From contig NC_068987.1 in the NCBI RefSeq assembly GCF_001194135.2, forward strand, positions 69,918,235-69,982,234: DNA of 64,000 bases, in the 5' to 3' direction. The position numbers and the translations under genes were made by a program. The DNA comes from Octopus bimaculoides (Eukaryota). This document shows positions 63,505-64,000 of the stretch, one piece after another (the stretch's first letter is position 1; each line of letters begins with the position of its first letter). The notes below the pieces were generated by a model. It saw nothing but the letters and a program-made list of their open reading frames with translations, did not search any database and was not told the origin of the DNA.

Positions 63505-64000
63505 GGAGAATTCACAAAAAGAAACAAAAGACGAGACAGGTGGTGTAAACAACAAACAGATGTATTAGTTTAACGCTCGGGAAGTGAAAAGTCTTTAACG
63601 TTTCGAGCCTATACTCTTGCAAAGAAAGAGACACAGAGAGAAAGAAGGAGAGAAAATAAAGAAGGTGCAATGGCTAGCGATCTATCATGGCGAATGCAGG
63701 ACAGAGTGGTCACAGAGGAGAGCTAGGAAGAAGGGGAGATAATAAAACAGCAGTGATCGCAAAACGAAGGTGCGCGTGCGTTAGTGTAAGAAAGCTAGTT
63801 TGTGCGTATGGAAGAGGGCGGGTGGCCTTGACGCGTGCGTGTGTGCATGTGTAGGTGTGTGGATGATGGTGTGGGTCTGGGGAGGGTCTGTGCTAGTGTT
63901 TGCGTGGTGGTGTGATGTGGTGTTGTGTGGTATGGTGGTGTATGGTGTGCTGTGGTAGTGTTGGGATTTGAGGGAGGTGAGATTTGGGAAAGCAAAGGTG
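63505..64000 (-). mobile_element. Probable PLE 3' region with decayed hammerhead-like motif
   Basis: On the minus strand a pyrimidine-rich tract is followed by CTTT-CTTTGCA-A-GAG-TATAGG-CTC-GAAAC-GT-T-AAAG (63628-63593). Same layout as 364-1345. Confidence 0.45.

Noticed and set aside
35235-63573. Long ORFs of 200-420 aa in the track (e.g. 35235-36307, 36855-37779, 39960-41356, 60518-61095, 62335-63573)
   Set aside because: They are open only because they run through N-gaps and (AT)n, (CA)n or (TATC)n repeats.

Overview
AT-rich, repeat-dense animal genomic DNA from a gapped draft assembly. It has 14 N-runs, most flanked by (AT)n. The microsatellite load and SINE families suggest a cephalopod, probably Octopus (inference). 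I recognise no host protein-coding gene; almost every ORF in the track comes from microsatellites, N-gaps or decayed transposons. Supported content: Penelope-like element (PLE) remnants with minimal hammerhead-ribozyme motifs, one with an intact core inside a 175-bp inverted repeat; an RTE LINE 3' half; two CR1-like LINE 3' ends sharing their tail with the dominant tRNA-SINE family; the restriction-like endonuclease end of an R4/Dong-type element; a near full-length decayed mariner plus other Tc1/mariner and hAT remnants; three MITE-like elements, one a 75-bp perfect hairpin; a Helitron-like non-autonomous element; about 20 tRNA-SINE pieces, including two SINE-in-SINE insertions with TSDs; and an interstitial (CCCTAA)n-like tract. 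All calls were made by eye, with no database searches.
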